DNA of 64,000 bases from a virus (Duplodnaviria; Heunggongvirae; Uroviricota; Caudoviricetes), in the IMG/VR virus record IMGVR_UViG_3300025093_000001. The stretch is one strand, 5' to 3'. A program made the position numbers and the translations under genes. Shown one piece after another: positions 38,829 through 47,799 of the stretch; position 1 is the stretch's first letter, and each line of letters begins with the position of its first letter. Below the pieces are notes generated by a model that was given only the letters and a program-made list of their open reading frames with translations, was not told the origin of the DNA and made no database searches.

Positions 38829-39104
38829 TTACAATCCAAGCAAATCCTTGATGAAATCATCAAATGTATGCTCTGTTACAGGTGGTTCAACAATGGTTGT
38901 AAGCCATGTTCCTGCCATTTTGAGCATGTCAAATACAGGGGTTTTGAGGACTTCAGTGACAGGTCTTTTTTTACCAAAGCCATCATACACACTGATTTTG
39001 AATACTTGCTCATTTGAAACAACATCGGAAGTTGGTTCAGCCACAAATCTATGCCCTTCAAGCACAAATTCATATTCATTCCAGACTAGCCTACTCATAA
39101 TCAT
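38829..39104 (-). CDS. Hypothetical protein (start trimmed to the internal Met)
   Basis: The listed N-terminal K/R-rich stretch looks like an out-of-frame reading of the neighbouring acidic gene. Confidence 0.35.
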   Translation of the reverse strand: MIMSRLVWNEYEFVLEGHRFVAEPTSDVVSNEQVFKISVYDGFGKKRPVTEVLKTPVFDMLKMAGTWLTTIVEPPVTEHTFDDFIKDLLGL

Positions 39105-39306
39105 CAAACCAGTCCTCCTCAACCTCTTCTTGTTCTTGATTACCCTTCTTTTCATCTTCTTTTTTGAAATCTTCAATTGGGTAATAAGGTTTTTCATCCT
39201 TTTGTTGCTCAACAGTGGATGTCTGTTGGTTCTCTTCAGTGGTCTCACCACAAGGAACACATGCTACAGCAAAGAACAGTAGCATTAGTAATGTCAGATA
39301 TTTCAT
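39091..39306 (-). CDS. Small acidic lipoprotein
   Basis: MKYLTLLMLLFFAVAC lipobox-like signal, followed by a Glu/Asp-rich tail. Confidence 0.4.
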   Translation of the reverse strand: MKYLTLLMLLFFAVACVPCGETTEENQQTSTVEQQKDEKPYYPIEDFKKEDEKKGNQEQEEVEEDWFDDYE

Positions 39307-39376
39307 AATCTTAAGAATGGGGCTTAAAGAGTATTCAATAACACTAGAATCCACCCCTTAGAACTCTTGTTCTATT

Positions 39377-39862
39377 CTAAAATTCATGACAATCATATAA
39401 AGGCATGACAATCATATAAAGGTCTGAAAAATATTTAGACGGGTCACTGTCTTTCAATTTACAAACCTCATATAACATTTTAAATTTTTCTTGACCTAAT
39501 GCTGTCAATCCACTTTCATTCCAATGTGCTGATTTATCATGCAATCCTTGTAGATAATTCCAAAACATAGGGTCTGTCAAATGCTTTACGTCTTCTTTGA
39601 GAGTAATCTTTGATATACAACGTGTGGCAGACTTACCCTCCAGTTCTTTCAGTTTTTTGTAAGATTTTGGGTTAACATGACGTGCAAATGCACATTGTTT
39701 GTTGTCAGGACCAAAATATAAACAAACTACCTCTTCTTTTCCGTCATCATCTATATCTGTCCTGGTACTTCTACGAGAAGGGTCTTCGGAATAAAACTCT
39801 ACAGTTTCTTCCAATACTTGTAAGTATGTTTTCTTTTTCATGTTGGTTAATATTAAAGACAA
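39377..39862 (-). CDS. Hypothetical protein
   Basis: ORF. Confidence 0.45.
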   Translation of the reverse strand: MSLILTNMKKKTYLQVLEETVEFYSEDPSRRSTRTDIDDDGKEEVVCLYFGPDNKQCAFARHVNPKSYKKLKELEGKSATRCISKITLKEDVKHLTDPMFWNYLQGLHDKSAHWNESGLTALGQEKFKMLYEVCKLKDSDPSKYFSDLYMIVMPLYDCHEF

Positions 39863-39879
39863 GGGAGCCGAAGCTCCCC
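39855..39879 (-). terminator. Candidate terminator hairpin (GGGAGC/GCTCCC)
   Basis: GC stem followed by a T-rich stretch on the minus strand. Confidence 0.3.
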
Positions 39880-39912
39880 TATCTTAGTTGACATTACTCA
39901 ATAGCATCACTC

Positions 39913-40134
39913 CTATTGAGCAAAGTAATGAGTCAAAAGTTCTCCTATGTAATAGATAGTTAAAAGACCAGAGATAACTGTTAATATGAAAAAGAGTATC
40001 CCTATTCTAACCTCCATAGCTTCATAAAATTTCCGAAGAGAGATATAAAAAGAAATAAAGGTTAGTACTACTATTGCTGAAAATGCAAAGGACATCATAG
40101 TGTCACCTCCCCACCATTTACATGAAGTAAACAT
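39913..40134 (-). CDS. Small membrane protein
   Basis: Two hydrophobic helices. Confidence 0.4.
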   Translation of the reverse strand: MFTSCKWWGGDTMMSFAFSAIVVLTFISFYISLRKFYEAMEVRIGILFFILTVISGLLTIYYIGELLTHYFAQ

Positions 40135-40370
40135 ACTGGTCTGAACTCGTAATCATGGTCAATCATATTAAATTCACCTTCGAGTCTAATTACATCGCCA
40201 ACACTAGTGTTGCGAATACCTAACTTTTTATAGTCAGGATTGTGGTTCTTAGCTTTAGCAAAAGCATGTTTCATACTAACAGCTTTTACTGTTGCCACAT
40301 GATTAAATGTGACATCAAGTTCTTTGTCCTTGTTGAGGACAGATGAGTGAAGAATTGCGTAATGTTTCAT
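40095..40370 (-). CDS. Hypothetical protein
   Basis: ORF. Confidence 0.4.
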   Translation of the reverse strand: MKHYAILHSSVLNKDKELDVTFNHVATVKAVSMKHAFAKAKNHNPDYKKLGIRNTSVGDVIRLEGEFNMIDHDYEFRPVCLLHVNGGEVTL

Positions 40371-40471
40371 TTTATTTTGAGTTTGTGGTTAGATAAAAGA
40401 ATTAAACTGACTGCATGGGATTCCATACCCATATTGACCGTGAGCCACAGTCAGTTCTAAGGGTGATTAAA

Positions 40472-40645
40472 CTAGCAGTCAGCTAATTCAGAAGTTGTTT
40501 TCTTGTATGTATCTCCAAATGTATAGCCACATACTAATCCTGCTAAACAGGCTATGAGCATACTACCCTCTAAGACACACCAAATAAATAATATGATGGC
40601 AGAGAGAGCTGTTATGAGATAAAAGATAAGGTTAAAAGTTTTCAT
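40472..40645 (-). CDS. Small membrane protein (57 aa) missed by the ORF track
   Basis: MKTFNLIFYLITALSAIILFIWCVLEGSMLIACLAGLVCGY...; start lies 6 nt from the upstream stop. Confidence 0.35.
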   Translation of the reverse strand: MKTFNLIFYLITALSAIILFIWCVLEGSMLIACLAGLVCGYTFGDTYKKTTSELADC

Positions 40646-40650
40646 ACTTT

Positions 40651-40965
40651 CTAGTTGTAAGTGATAAATTGGTAATGCTTGTTGGATGAGCCACTCACTA
40701 ATTTGTGATGGCTTTGAGAGTTGTCATAATAAATGGAAATGTCAAAGTTATTTCCAATAATGACAATAGTATCTGTACCTTTAGGCACAGTAGTAGTTAA
40801 ATTGAGGTCACCTCTAACATCAAACCAACCTTGTGAAGTTTTGAGACTGTATGAACTACTAGAGTTCACGATTATCTCTCGCTCCACAAGGTTTGATTCA
40901 ACATTAATATCACCACATGATAGTAACATCATGATGGCACAAAATGAAAGAAACAAGATTTTCAT
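40651..40965 (-). CDS. Lipoprotein
   Basis: MKILFLSFCAIMMLLSCGD lipobox. Confidence 0.45.
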   Translation of the reverse strand: MKILFLSFCAIMMLLSCGDINVESNLVEREIIVNSSSSYSLKTSQGWFDVRGDLNLTTTVPKGTDTIVIIGNNFDISIYYDNSQSHHKLVSGSSNKHYQFITYN

Positions 40966-41396
40966 CCTTTACAGTCTTTAAGTGAAAGTAAGTAATGTCT
41001 TTGAGCTTTCTTATTTCGTTTATCCTGTATCGACTTAAGCTTTTGAGCTTTGATAGATGCGAACACATAGTCTCTAAAGCATACCTTAGACAATCTCTTA
41101 GAGTATTTGTCATAGATATGGTCTTTCCAGAACCAGAAAGGCACAGCATTAAATGTTATTACTGTGTCTTGTTTTTCAGTAAAGTCTATACCATTACCAG
41201 AATACTTAGCAGATGAGATAAATGGACGATGAGTGTTTACATTAACGATTCTGATAAAATACACCTCATTGTCTGGAGATGTTAATGTGAAATCAGAGAT
41301 GAGACCATAGCTTACAAGCCTTAATGTTTGGATGGTTACAAAGATAGTAAATACAAAAATGGCCATATATAATAGCCCTGTTCTAAAGTTTTTCAT
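40962..41396 (-). CDS. Membrane-anchored protein
   Basis: N-terminal TM helix. Confidence 0.45.
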   Translation of the reverse strand: MKNFRTGLLYMAIFVFTIFVTIQTLRLVSYGLISDFTLTSPDNEVYFIRIVNVNTHRPFISSAKYSGNGIDFTEKQDTVITFNAVPFWFWKDHIYDKYSKRLSKVCFRDYVFASIKAQKLKSIQDKRNKKAQRHYLLSLKDCKG

Positions 41397-41436
41397 GAGT
41401 GTGATATTTTGTTAGAGTAATGTAAATGTAAGTGGT

Positions 41437-41464
41437 AAAGAAAGAAAGGGGCTTCACAGCCCCT
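41437..41464 (-). terminator. Rho-independent terminator
   Basis: GGGGCT-loop-AGCCCC followed by TTTCTTTCTTT on the minus strand. Confidence 0.4.
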
Positions 41465-41524
41465 CTCACTTTGTTAACTAAACTACTAACTAATAAGTCT
41501 ACCAACTTACTTGAGTTCTCATTG

Positions 41525-41773
41525 TCAATCAAATGACCACAGTCTAGCTGATGAGATTAATAAATGCATGAGTGCGTCTGCATCAATGTAAAGATTATTA
41601 GAGATTTCTCTCAAAGCACACACATGGGTTAAGCCATGTACTTCACATAGAGACCAGATTAAAGTCTGGCACTTACTACATACTCCATTATAAACTTCCA
41701 TTTCAGCAATGTCCCTTACGAGGCTAATGAGGTGTCCCCCAACCATTAAACTTACTCTTTTCATTTCAATCAA
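41525..41773 (-). CDS. Hypothetical Cys-containing small protein
   Basis: ORF. Confidence 0.4.
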   Translation of the reverse strand: MIEMKRVSLMVGGHLISLVRDIAEMEVYNGVCSKCQTLIWSLCEVHGLTHVCALREISNNLYIDADALMHLLISSARLWSFD

Positions 41774-42383
41774 CTACTTTGCGAGCAGTATCATGCCTAC
41801 ATATTGCAGTAGGATAACTCTATTGTTAGAGCATGTGCGTTAACACTTTGGCTTAGTTGCATAGAATTAAAATTTCTACTCCTATATAAAATCTTGGACA
41901 GGACGTGGTTAACGCTTGTATGTCATGCTATCTTTTGGATAGTTTAGACACCAACGCCCCGTTGTAGCTGTCACACTACGTTAATAAACGAGAGTTACCT
42001 CATCTATTAATGAACACAACTTACCATGCTTGACAACATGTTTCGGTCATATCCTACTGATTACTTATTGATTCACCTTTTGGCTTCACTCACTACCCAC
42101 TGATTCTGAGGGTAGCCATACTCATCTGATAAGACTCTGTATGGATTTCAGCTTGCTTACATGGACTGTGCAGAGTACAGCACAAAGACTTTAATATAGG
42201 AATAGTCTTCATTTTATCCTCATCACTGAGGTTATCCTTACGACAATAAGCTGCCGTGTCATTTAGTAGTCTATCAAGTAGACTTAACGCACACACCATG
42301 AGCATCTAAACTCTGAGGGTATGACAATGTGTGCTTGAAGGGAGAATACTCTCCCTCCCTCACTCAACCAATTGGTAATAAAA

Positions 42384-42647
42384 CTACCAATTTCTTTGTT
42401 TGCCAAACTTCAACACTCTAGGTGAGAAGAATTGAGCAGCCTTCCAAGCTCTTTTGAGTTCAAGGAAGTATGATAGGTCTGTAATGAGGACGAGACCTAT
42501 TAGAATGTATTGTGCATAGTGGTTGTCTAACTCTACAAGGTAGAAGAAGAGATAGATGTAGATAATTGTGATTATCCACAGTATGCAATTGATGAAGAAG
42601 ACAACACGAAACTTCATGTATCTCCATGCATGTTTAAACTTTTTCAT
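42384..42647 (-). CDS. Small membrane protein (holin-like candidate)
   Basis: Two TM helices; overlapping start/stop with its neighbour. Confidence 0.4.
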   Translation of the reverse strand: MKKFKHAWRYMKFRVVFFINCILWIITIIYIYLFFYLVELDNHYAQYILIGLVLITDLSYFLELKRAWKAAQFFSPRVLKFGKQRNW

Positions 42648-42925
42648 GAGGTGTGATGTTTATAGTTAGTCAAGGCAGATTTGGCAAATCCCCAATTGAG
42701 TTGGAGAAGATAGGCAGCAAGAGCTGAACCAAAAAGACTCATGATGATGAAGAAGATTGCATCTCCTGAGAATGGTATTTCTACTAAGAAGATGTAGATT
42801 GTCAAACCAGATAGCATCCACATGAGGATAGCTATGATGGCAACTTGTCTGAACTGTCTAACAGTCCAAGCAAATCTTAGGATTGTGATGAATGTCATAA
42901 TGTCTTTTTTAAAGAAAGAGAACAA
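42644..42925 (-). CDS. Small membrane protein (holin-like candidate)
   Basis: Two or three TM helices. Confidence 0.4.
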   Translation of the reverse strand: MFSFFKKDIMTFITILRFAWTVRQFRQVAIIAILMWMLSGLTIYIFLVEIPFSGDAIFFIIMSLFGSALAAYLLQLNWGFAKSALTNYKHHTS

Positions 42926-43038
42926 GGCGGTAGTGCTCTCTTGTTGTCAATTTTCCACCACTATTCACTCATAATAAATAGTATTGACTTTTGTACAAGC
43001 GTCCTCGTACCCCTATATCTTGAAGTAATTGGGGGTTG

Positions 43039-43245
43039 TCATAGTTCTAACAACCCCAAATTGTTTTCTTGAAATTCTTTCAATTCTTTTTCTGCTTTTG
43101 CCAATCTTTCTAAATGATAAGATGCAATTGTTGTGAGGCCTAATTCAAAGGCTGCGAGATGATGTCTTTTGTAGTACATACATCTGTTAATGAGGGAAGA
43201 TTCTATTTGTCTTGCCTCAATTGAGAGTTCTGTGATAGCAATCAT
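43039..43245 (-). CDS. Hypothetical protein
   Basis: ORF. Confidence 0.35.
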   Translation of the reverse strand: MIAITELSIEARQIESSLINRCMYYKRHHLAAFELGLTTIASYHLERLAKAEKELKEFQENNLGLLEL

Positions 43246-43314
43246 TGGTATAATGTTTATGAGTAATTAGCTATTAATTAGTAGTAGATTAAGATAAGAG
43301 AAGAGATAGAAAAG

Positions 43315-43342
43315 AGTGTAAAAGGGGTTTGGAAATCCCCCC
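43315..43342 (-). terminator. Terminator hairpin (GGGG...CCCC), second of a tandem pair
   Basis: GC stem followed by a T-rich stretch on the minus strand. Confidence 0.35.
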
Positions 43343-43409
43343 AACCACACATCTTCTCTGTCTCCTCTCCACTTTTATCTATCGTGTCTAAGGGTTTCTA
43401 GAGACCAAA

Positions 43410-43427
43410 GGGGTTTATACAACCCCT
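43410..43427 (-). terminator. Terminator hairpin overlapping the stop codon of the 43415..43879 gene
   Basis: GGGGTT-loop-AACCCC followed by TTTGG on the minus strand. Confidence 0.35.
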
Positions 43428-43879
43428 TGTGCATCTGCCAACAGTTGCTGTGCAGCAGCATTGTTGTCAGTTGAAGATTCAATGCCTTGTTTCTGCAATG
43501 CTTGCAGCATGGCAATTGCCTCCTTGCGTCCACCGCCCAATTGTACACCCTTCTCGTGGAATCTGTAGGTATACTGTGGTGTAACACCATCATCCTGCAT
43601 CTTCACGTTGCCATTCTCATCATACAGTAGCACCATGGTGCGGTCGTAGTTGAGTACTTCGTCACCTGATGCATAGGTGTCACCACTGTTGAGTGTTCCA
43701 TCAGTTTGGGCCCAGCCCATTGATGTGTCTGATACTAGTCCCTTAGCAGTAGTCTGCTTGCGAAACTCTGTCCAATGCAGATTTCTCTCTGCAAGTTGTT
43801 TGACCTTGGACAATCCTGTTCTTCCGATTTTAATTTCCATTGAATTAAATAAATTGATTAAACATTTGACCCTATTCAA
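43415..43879 (-). CDS. Hypothetical protein; first gene of the minus-strand block
   Basis: ORF adjacent to the divergent intergenic region. Confidence 0.45.
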   Translation of the reverse strand: MNRVKCLINLFNSMEIKIGRTGLSKVKQLAERNLHWTEFRKQTTAKGLVSDTSMGWAQTDGTLNSGDTYASGDEVLNYDRTMVLLYDENGNVKMQDDGVTPQYTYRFHEKGVQLGGGRKEAIAMLQALQKQGIESSTDNNAAAQQLLADAQGVV

Positions 43880-44016
43880 GGCAGGGGGTCTTCTCCCGCA
43901 CTTTTAAGTAGGGGGGCTGTTTAATTGGCTCCTCTCCATCTCCATTCTCTTTCCAACTTTAAAATTTTTGTATAATTTTTTTCCTTACAACTTCATTTGT
44001 AATTGTAAGAGAGATT

Positions 44017-44211
44017 ATGTATATTTGTAGTATGATTGAATTAAATAAGAAAGATGATAATCCTATTTATGGTGGCACCCTCTCAAGGTATCTTCAAGAA
44101 GGACATGCTAAAGAGGTAAAGTATATTGACTCTAATGGAGACTATGTACTTAAGCATATTATAGATTGGACTCACTTTCATAAATGGAGAGAAGAAAATG
44201 GGTACCTTTGA
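44017..44211 (+). CDS. Hypothetical protein
   Basis: ORF. Confidence 0.4.
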   Translation: MYICSMIELNKKDDNPIYGGTLSRYLQEGHAKEVKYIDSNGDYVLKHIIDWTHFHKWREENGYL

Positions 44212-44343
44212 CCAGTTTTATATAGATATATTCTCAGAGATGTTGCAAAGTAAGGAGCAACAGTTGAGGATGGAGGGGCTCAGAGGAGAAGAACTTAAGA
44301 AAGCCCTGGAAGATTACGAAGAAAGATTGATTAAAGATTATAT

Positions 44344-44748
44344 GTGATGAAAGTGATGGGAGAAACTATAGATGCTAAGTTGGTTAGGATGACTCTGGAG
44401 GAGTATAGTAAGTTTCAAGAGTATTTGCAACAGGAAAAGGTGAAAGAAGATTACCCTTTTCTATTTGAGAAAATGAGTCAAATGATGGATTCAGAAATTA
44501 AAAAGACTCAACAGGAAATAGAGAACTTTAAGAACACTATGGAAGAGTGGAATATGTTTAAGGAAGGAGGAGCACCTAACTTAAATATTACTCAAGATAG
44601 CACTCTTGATGAAGTTAAGGCTCATATGAGGTATTTTTGTCCTGGATTAGAGGATAAGGAGATTTCAGATAAGCTGGCAAAGCATTATAGAGAGAGTCAT
44701 ATTACTACTGTAGGAGATTATGTTTGGTTTGTAGATGAAAAAAGTTAG
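44344..44748 (+). CDS. Hypothetical protein
   Basis: ORF. Confidence 0.45.
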   Translation: MMKVMGETIDAKLVRMTLEEYSKFQEYLQQEKVKEDYPFLFEKMSQMMDSEIKKTQQEIENFKNTMEEWNMFKEGGAPNLNITQDSTLDEVKAHMRYFCPGLEDKEISDKLAKHYRESHITTVGDYVWFVDEKS

Positions 44749-44751
44749 AAG

Positions 44752-45129
44752 GTGGCAAATAGAAATAGAGATAAAGGACATAGATTCGAGCGTTGGTGGG
44801 CGAGGGTATTTAGAGAAGAGTTAGGTTTTAAGTTTTGTAAGACCTCAAGGCAAGCATCCAGATTACTCGATGATTGCGGAGTAGACTTAGATGGAATTCC
44901 ATTTAACATTCAATTGAAGAATGGTTATGTAAAGGGAATTAATTACACTAAACTGTTTGAGGATATTGATGCGAAGCTTAAAGAGAATTACATGCCAGCA
45001 GACCCTAGACATGTATTCCCTTCTATTGTGATTCACAAGAGGGGAAGGAAGGAGAGTGAACACCATGTAGTTATGCAAGCTAAGGATTTTAGAAAATTGA
45101 TAGAGATGGCATTTAAGAATAAGAACTAA
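44752..45129 (+). CDS. Hypothetical protein
   Basis: ORF. Confidence 0.45.
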   Translation: MANRNRDKGHRFERWWARVFREELGFKFCKTSRQASRLLDDCGVDLDGIPFNIQLKNGYVKGINYTKLFEDIDAKLKENYMPADPRHVFPSIVIHKRGRKESEHHVVMQAKDFRKLIEMAFKNKN

Positions 45130-45326
45130 TGTGGTATGCTATATTGAGATTGAGTCTGCTGGGTTTAGTGTTGATACTAGTCATTGGGCAGATATTAGGT
45201 CTCACTATAGCATTATCAGTTTTGTTTGTATTTGTTAGAGTGTTATTGACAGCAATATTCTATATATCAATTCCAAAGATTATACTGTATTTAACAGATA
45301 TGTATGGAAAAAAGAAAAAACACTGA
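45129..45326 (+). CDS. Small membrane protein
   Basis: Two TM helices. Confidence 0.35.
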   Translation: MWYAILRLSLLGLVLILVIGQILGLTIALSVLFVFVRVLLTAIFYISIPKIILYLTDMYGKKKKH

Positions 45327-45963
45327 GAAGAGAGTGCCAAAAGGAGAGATAACATTTAAGTTACAGTTAACAGAAGAGCAAAAAGAAGCTAAGGCTAATA
45401 TCTTGGCTAACACTATTTCAGTTCTAACTGGAGTTGCAGGGAGTTCCAAAAGCTTCCTTGCTTGTCAAGTAGCATTGGATATGTTCTTTAAAAGGCAGAT
45501 TAATAGAATCTCCTTTTGTAGACCTACAGTTGCTACAGAGGATTTGGGTCACCTTCCAGGGACTCTTGAGGAGAAATACTTTCAATGGTGTCTACCTCTT
45601 ATAGATAATATGTATAAGATGTATGACAAGCAGAAGATAGATGAGATGATTCATCAAGGTGATATTATCTTTAGACCTCTGCAGTTTGTTGCGGGAGTTA
45701 CATTTGATGATGAAGTGGCTATTATGGATGAAGCACAGAATGCAACTAAGGAGCAGATGGTGAGATTCCTTACTAGGATAGGGCCAAACGCTAAGGTATT
45801 GATTACAGGAGACCCCGCACAGATAGACCTAAAGCAGAAGAGTCGTTCTGGCTTGCAGAGGTTGATTGATGTGGAGCATAAGATAGATAAACTTTATGTG
45901 GCTCATCTGAAGGGTAACTATAGAAATGATATTGTGAGAGAGGTTTTGACACACTACGCATAA
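45304..45963 (+). CDS. phoH: PhoH-like ATPase
   Basis: Walker A GVAGSSKS and ITGDPAQIDL, characteristic of the PhoH family. Confidence 0.75.
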   Translation: MEKRKNTEKRVPKGEITFKLQLTEEQKEAKANILANTISVLTGVAGSSKSFLACQVALDMFFKRQINRISFCRPTVATEDLGHLPGTLEEKYFQWCLPLIDNMYKMYDKQKIDEMIHQGDIIFRPLQFVAGVTFDDEVAIMDEAQNATKEQMVRFLTRIGPNAKVLITGDPAQIDLKQKSRSGLQRLIDVEHKIDKLYVAHLKGNYRNDIVREVLTHYA

Positions 45964-45974
45964 TTTTTTTCAAC

Positions 45975-46001
45975 TTATTCTTGCATATATCACAAGAATA
46001 A
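45975..46001 (+). promoter_or_regulatory. Perfect 9-bp inverted repeat hairpin (TTATTCTTG-N9-CAAGAATAA) with a TATATTTG -7-like box just downstream
   Basis: Read directly from the sequence; sits at the head of a 320-bp ORF-free stretch. Confidence 0.3.
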
Positions 46002-46285
46002 CTTATATTTGTATATTGTTAGATGCAATACCAGCATTTCAGCTCCGAGGGCCAGAAGGTAGTTAGGGGCTTAGACGTCGGATTAGTAAGCTTAAATAAA
46101 GCTGAGGTTTTCTCCGATACTAACAAAAGGCTTGATAACGAGCAGTAGGTGCGAGACTAGATTAGACATAGGTAAAGGTCTCCTGAATTAACAGGTGTTT
46201 ATTAGTCCCAGGTTATAACGCACTGCCTACTAGCGAAGGTAAAAGCTGAAAAAGACAGGAAAGAGAGATTTCTATAGGGTAGAGT

Positions 46286-46504
46286 ATGTCTAAAGAGAAT
46301 TACAGTAGGGTTGTTGAGATATTTGAATATGTTGTCAACGAATCTAAAGCAGAGTATGTTAGGAAACTGATGAAGGATTTAAAAAGTCCTTTGGCGGAGG
46401 AGGGGATACTGGCTTCGTACAGAATGGATACTAAGACAAACGAATATGTAATTATGCTCTTGGATATTAAAACAAGGCTCAACACTATATTAATAGGACA
46501 ATGA
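46286..46504 (+). CDS. Hypothetical protein
   Basis: ORF. Confidence 0.4.
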   Translation: MSKENYSRVVEIFEYVVNESKAEYVRKLMKDLKSPLAEEGILASYRMDTKTNEYVIMLLDIKTRLNTILIGQ

Positions 46505-46520
46505 AAAATTTAGGCGGGGG

Positions 46521-46850
46521 TTGCGGATGTGGCTCCAAACCAAAACGATAATGAACTTAAGAATTAACACAGTGGAAAAAACTATCGAGGTTTTAGATGC
46601 ACTCAGCTTTGAGGAGTTGACTGCATTTATTGAACTCAATAACTATCGCGACTTTACTATTGTTAGTAGAGCGAGTGATACCATTGTGTCCAGTCCAAAC
46701 TATATCCCCTTTATAGGCGGGAATGGTAATTGGGACCAACTTGATTGGGTTGTAACGTGTGATAATCAACATATTGAACAACTACTCAAGGTGGACACAG
46801 GCGGGCCTTCAATAGAGGAGTTAGAGGATACCTCTACCACTGATGACTAG
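46521..46850 (+). CDS. Hypothetical protein
   Basis: ORF. Confidence 0.4.
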   Translation: MRMWLQTKTIMNLRINTVEKTIEVLDALSFEELTAFIELNNYRDFTIVSRASDTIVSSPNYIPFIGGNGNWDQLDWVVTCDNQHIEQLLKVDTGGPSIEELEDTSTTDD

Positions 46851-46870
46851 AAATAGTCTCTCTATTAGGA

Positions 46871-46897
46871 GCCCCCTCTAACCCAGGGGGCTTTTTT
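46871..46897 (+). terminator. Rho-independent terminator
   Basis: GCCCCCT-loop-AGGGGGC followed by TTTTTT. Confidence 0.6.
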
Positions 46898-46914
46898 GAA
46901 TATTTAAAAGGACT

Positions 46915-47739
46915 ATGAAACTCTCAGTAAACAAAATTCTATATCATTGGTACAGTAAAGTAAATGAGAACTGCAAGTATTGGTATTTTCAATTTAGTCT
47001 TGCACTATTACTTCTAATAAGTGGAGTATTTTCAGCTGGAGCTACTAATTTAGTAGGATGTCCAGATAGTACGTATTGTACAGATAGTATTATTGTATTG
47101 TGTTATGATAGCAATGCTTATCTAGACACTGTTGACCAGGTACAATTCAAAGTTATTGGCACAGGAACTTGGTTTATAGAGAGTGTCGACAGTGTTGTTG
47201 GTGGATGTTTATTTATAAGCAACCCTTCTCTTGATTGTGATACTGATATTTTCTCAAATCTTAAATTTGATGATAAGAATGGTACTCGAATAGGGAGCTG
47301 TAGCGGTCAAAATATACCCTTACCTGTTGAATTAATTAGATTTACTGCGGAAAGAATTGGAACGGCTGTTTTAATAGAATGGGCCACCGCTTCTGAATTT
47401 AATAATTCTCACTTCCTACTTGAGAGGTCTACTGACTATACAGAATGGAAAATAATCAATGTGATACCTTCTGCAAATCCATTCAGCAATCAAGTCTTAA
47501 CTTATAGTTATCTTGATAGAGAAGCGCACAAAGATGTTACCTATTACTATTCTCTTACTCAAGTGGATTTTGATAATACTACAACTAACTATGGATTAAC
47601 TGTAGTCAATGGAAGTGAGTTTGAATATCCTGTAGAACAGTCACTTGTTTACGATATAATTGGAAAAGAACTTAGTACGGCTACTGATTATAGAATTATA
47701 AGAAGGAATGGGAAAGTTAAAATCATTGTTAAACATTAA
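46915..47739 (+). CDS. Secreted Cys-rich protein with a C-terminal beta-sandwich domain of the type found on Bacteroidetes surface/secreted proteins (possibly secretion-system associated)
   Basis: N-terminal hydrophobic signal-like segment; Cys-rich middle; C-terminal ELIRFTAERIGTAVLIEWATASEFNNSHFLLERSTDYTEWKII...YYYSL pattern. Confidence 0.45.
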   Translation: MKLSVNKILYHWYSKVNENCKYWYFQFSLALLLLISGVFSAGATNLVGCPDSTYCTDSIIVLCYDSNAYLDTVDQVQFKVIGTGTWFIESVDSVVGGCLFISNPSLDCDTDIFSNLKFDDKNGTRIGSCSGQNIPLPVELIRFTAERIGTAVLIEWATASEFNNSHFLLERSTDYTEWKIINVIPSANPFSNQVLTYSYLDREAHKDVTYYYSLTQVDFDNTTTNYGLTVVNGSEFEYPVEQSLVYDIIGKELSTATDYRIIRRNGKVKIIVKH

Positions 47740-47777
47740 TAATGAGATATTTTGTATTTGGTGCTTATAACAAAAGA

Positions 47778-47799
47778 AGACCCCACGAGGGTCTTTTTT
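47778..47799 (+). terminator. Rho-independent terminator
   Basis: AGACCC-cacga-GGGTCT followed by TTTTTT; makes the overlapping ORF 47742..47951 unlikely to be real. Confidence 0.55.

Noticed and set aside
38848-39282. 144-aa ORF on + strand
   Set aside because: Antisense to two well-packed minus-strand genes. Its low-complexity Leu/Phe-rich translation is typical of reading AT-rich coding sequence backwards.
43375-43593. 72-aa minus ORF
   Set aside because: Embedded out of frame in the 3' part of 43415..43879 and runs across its terminator hairpins.
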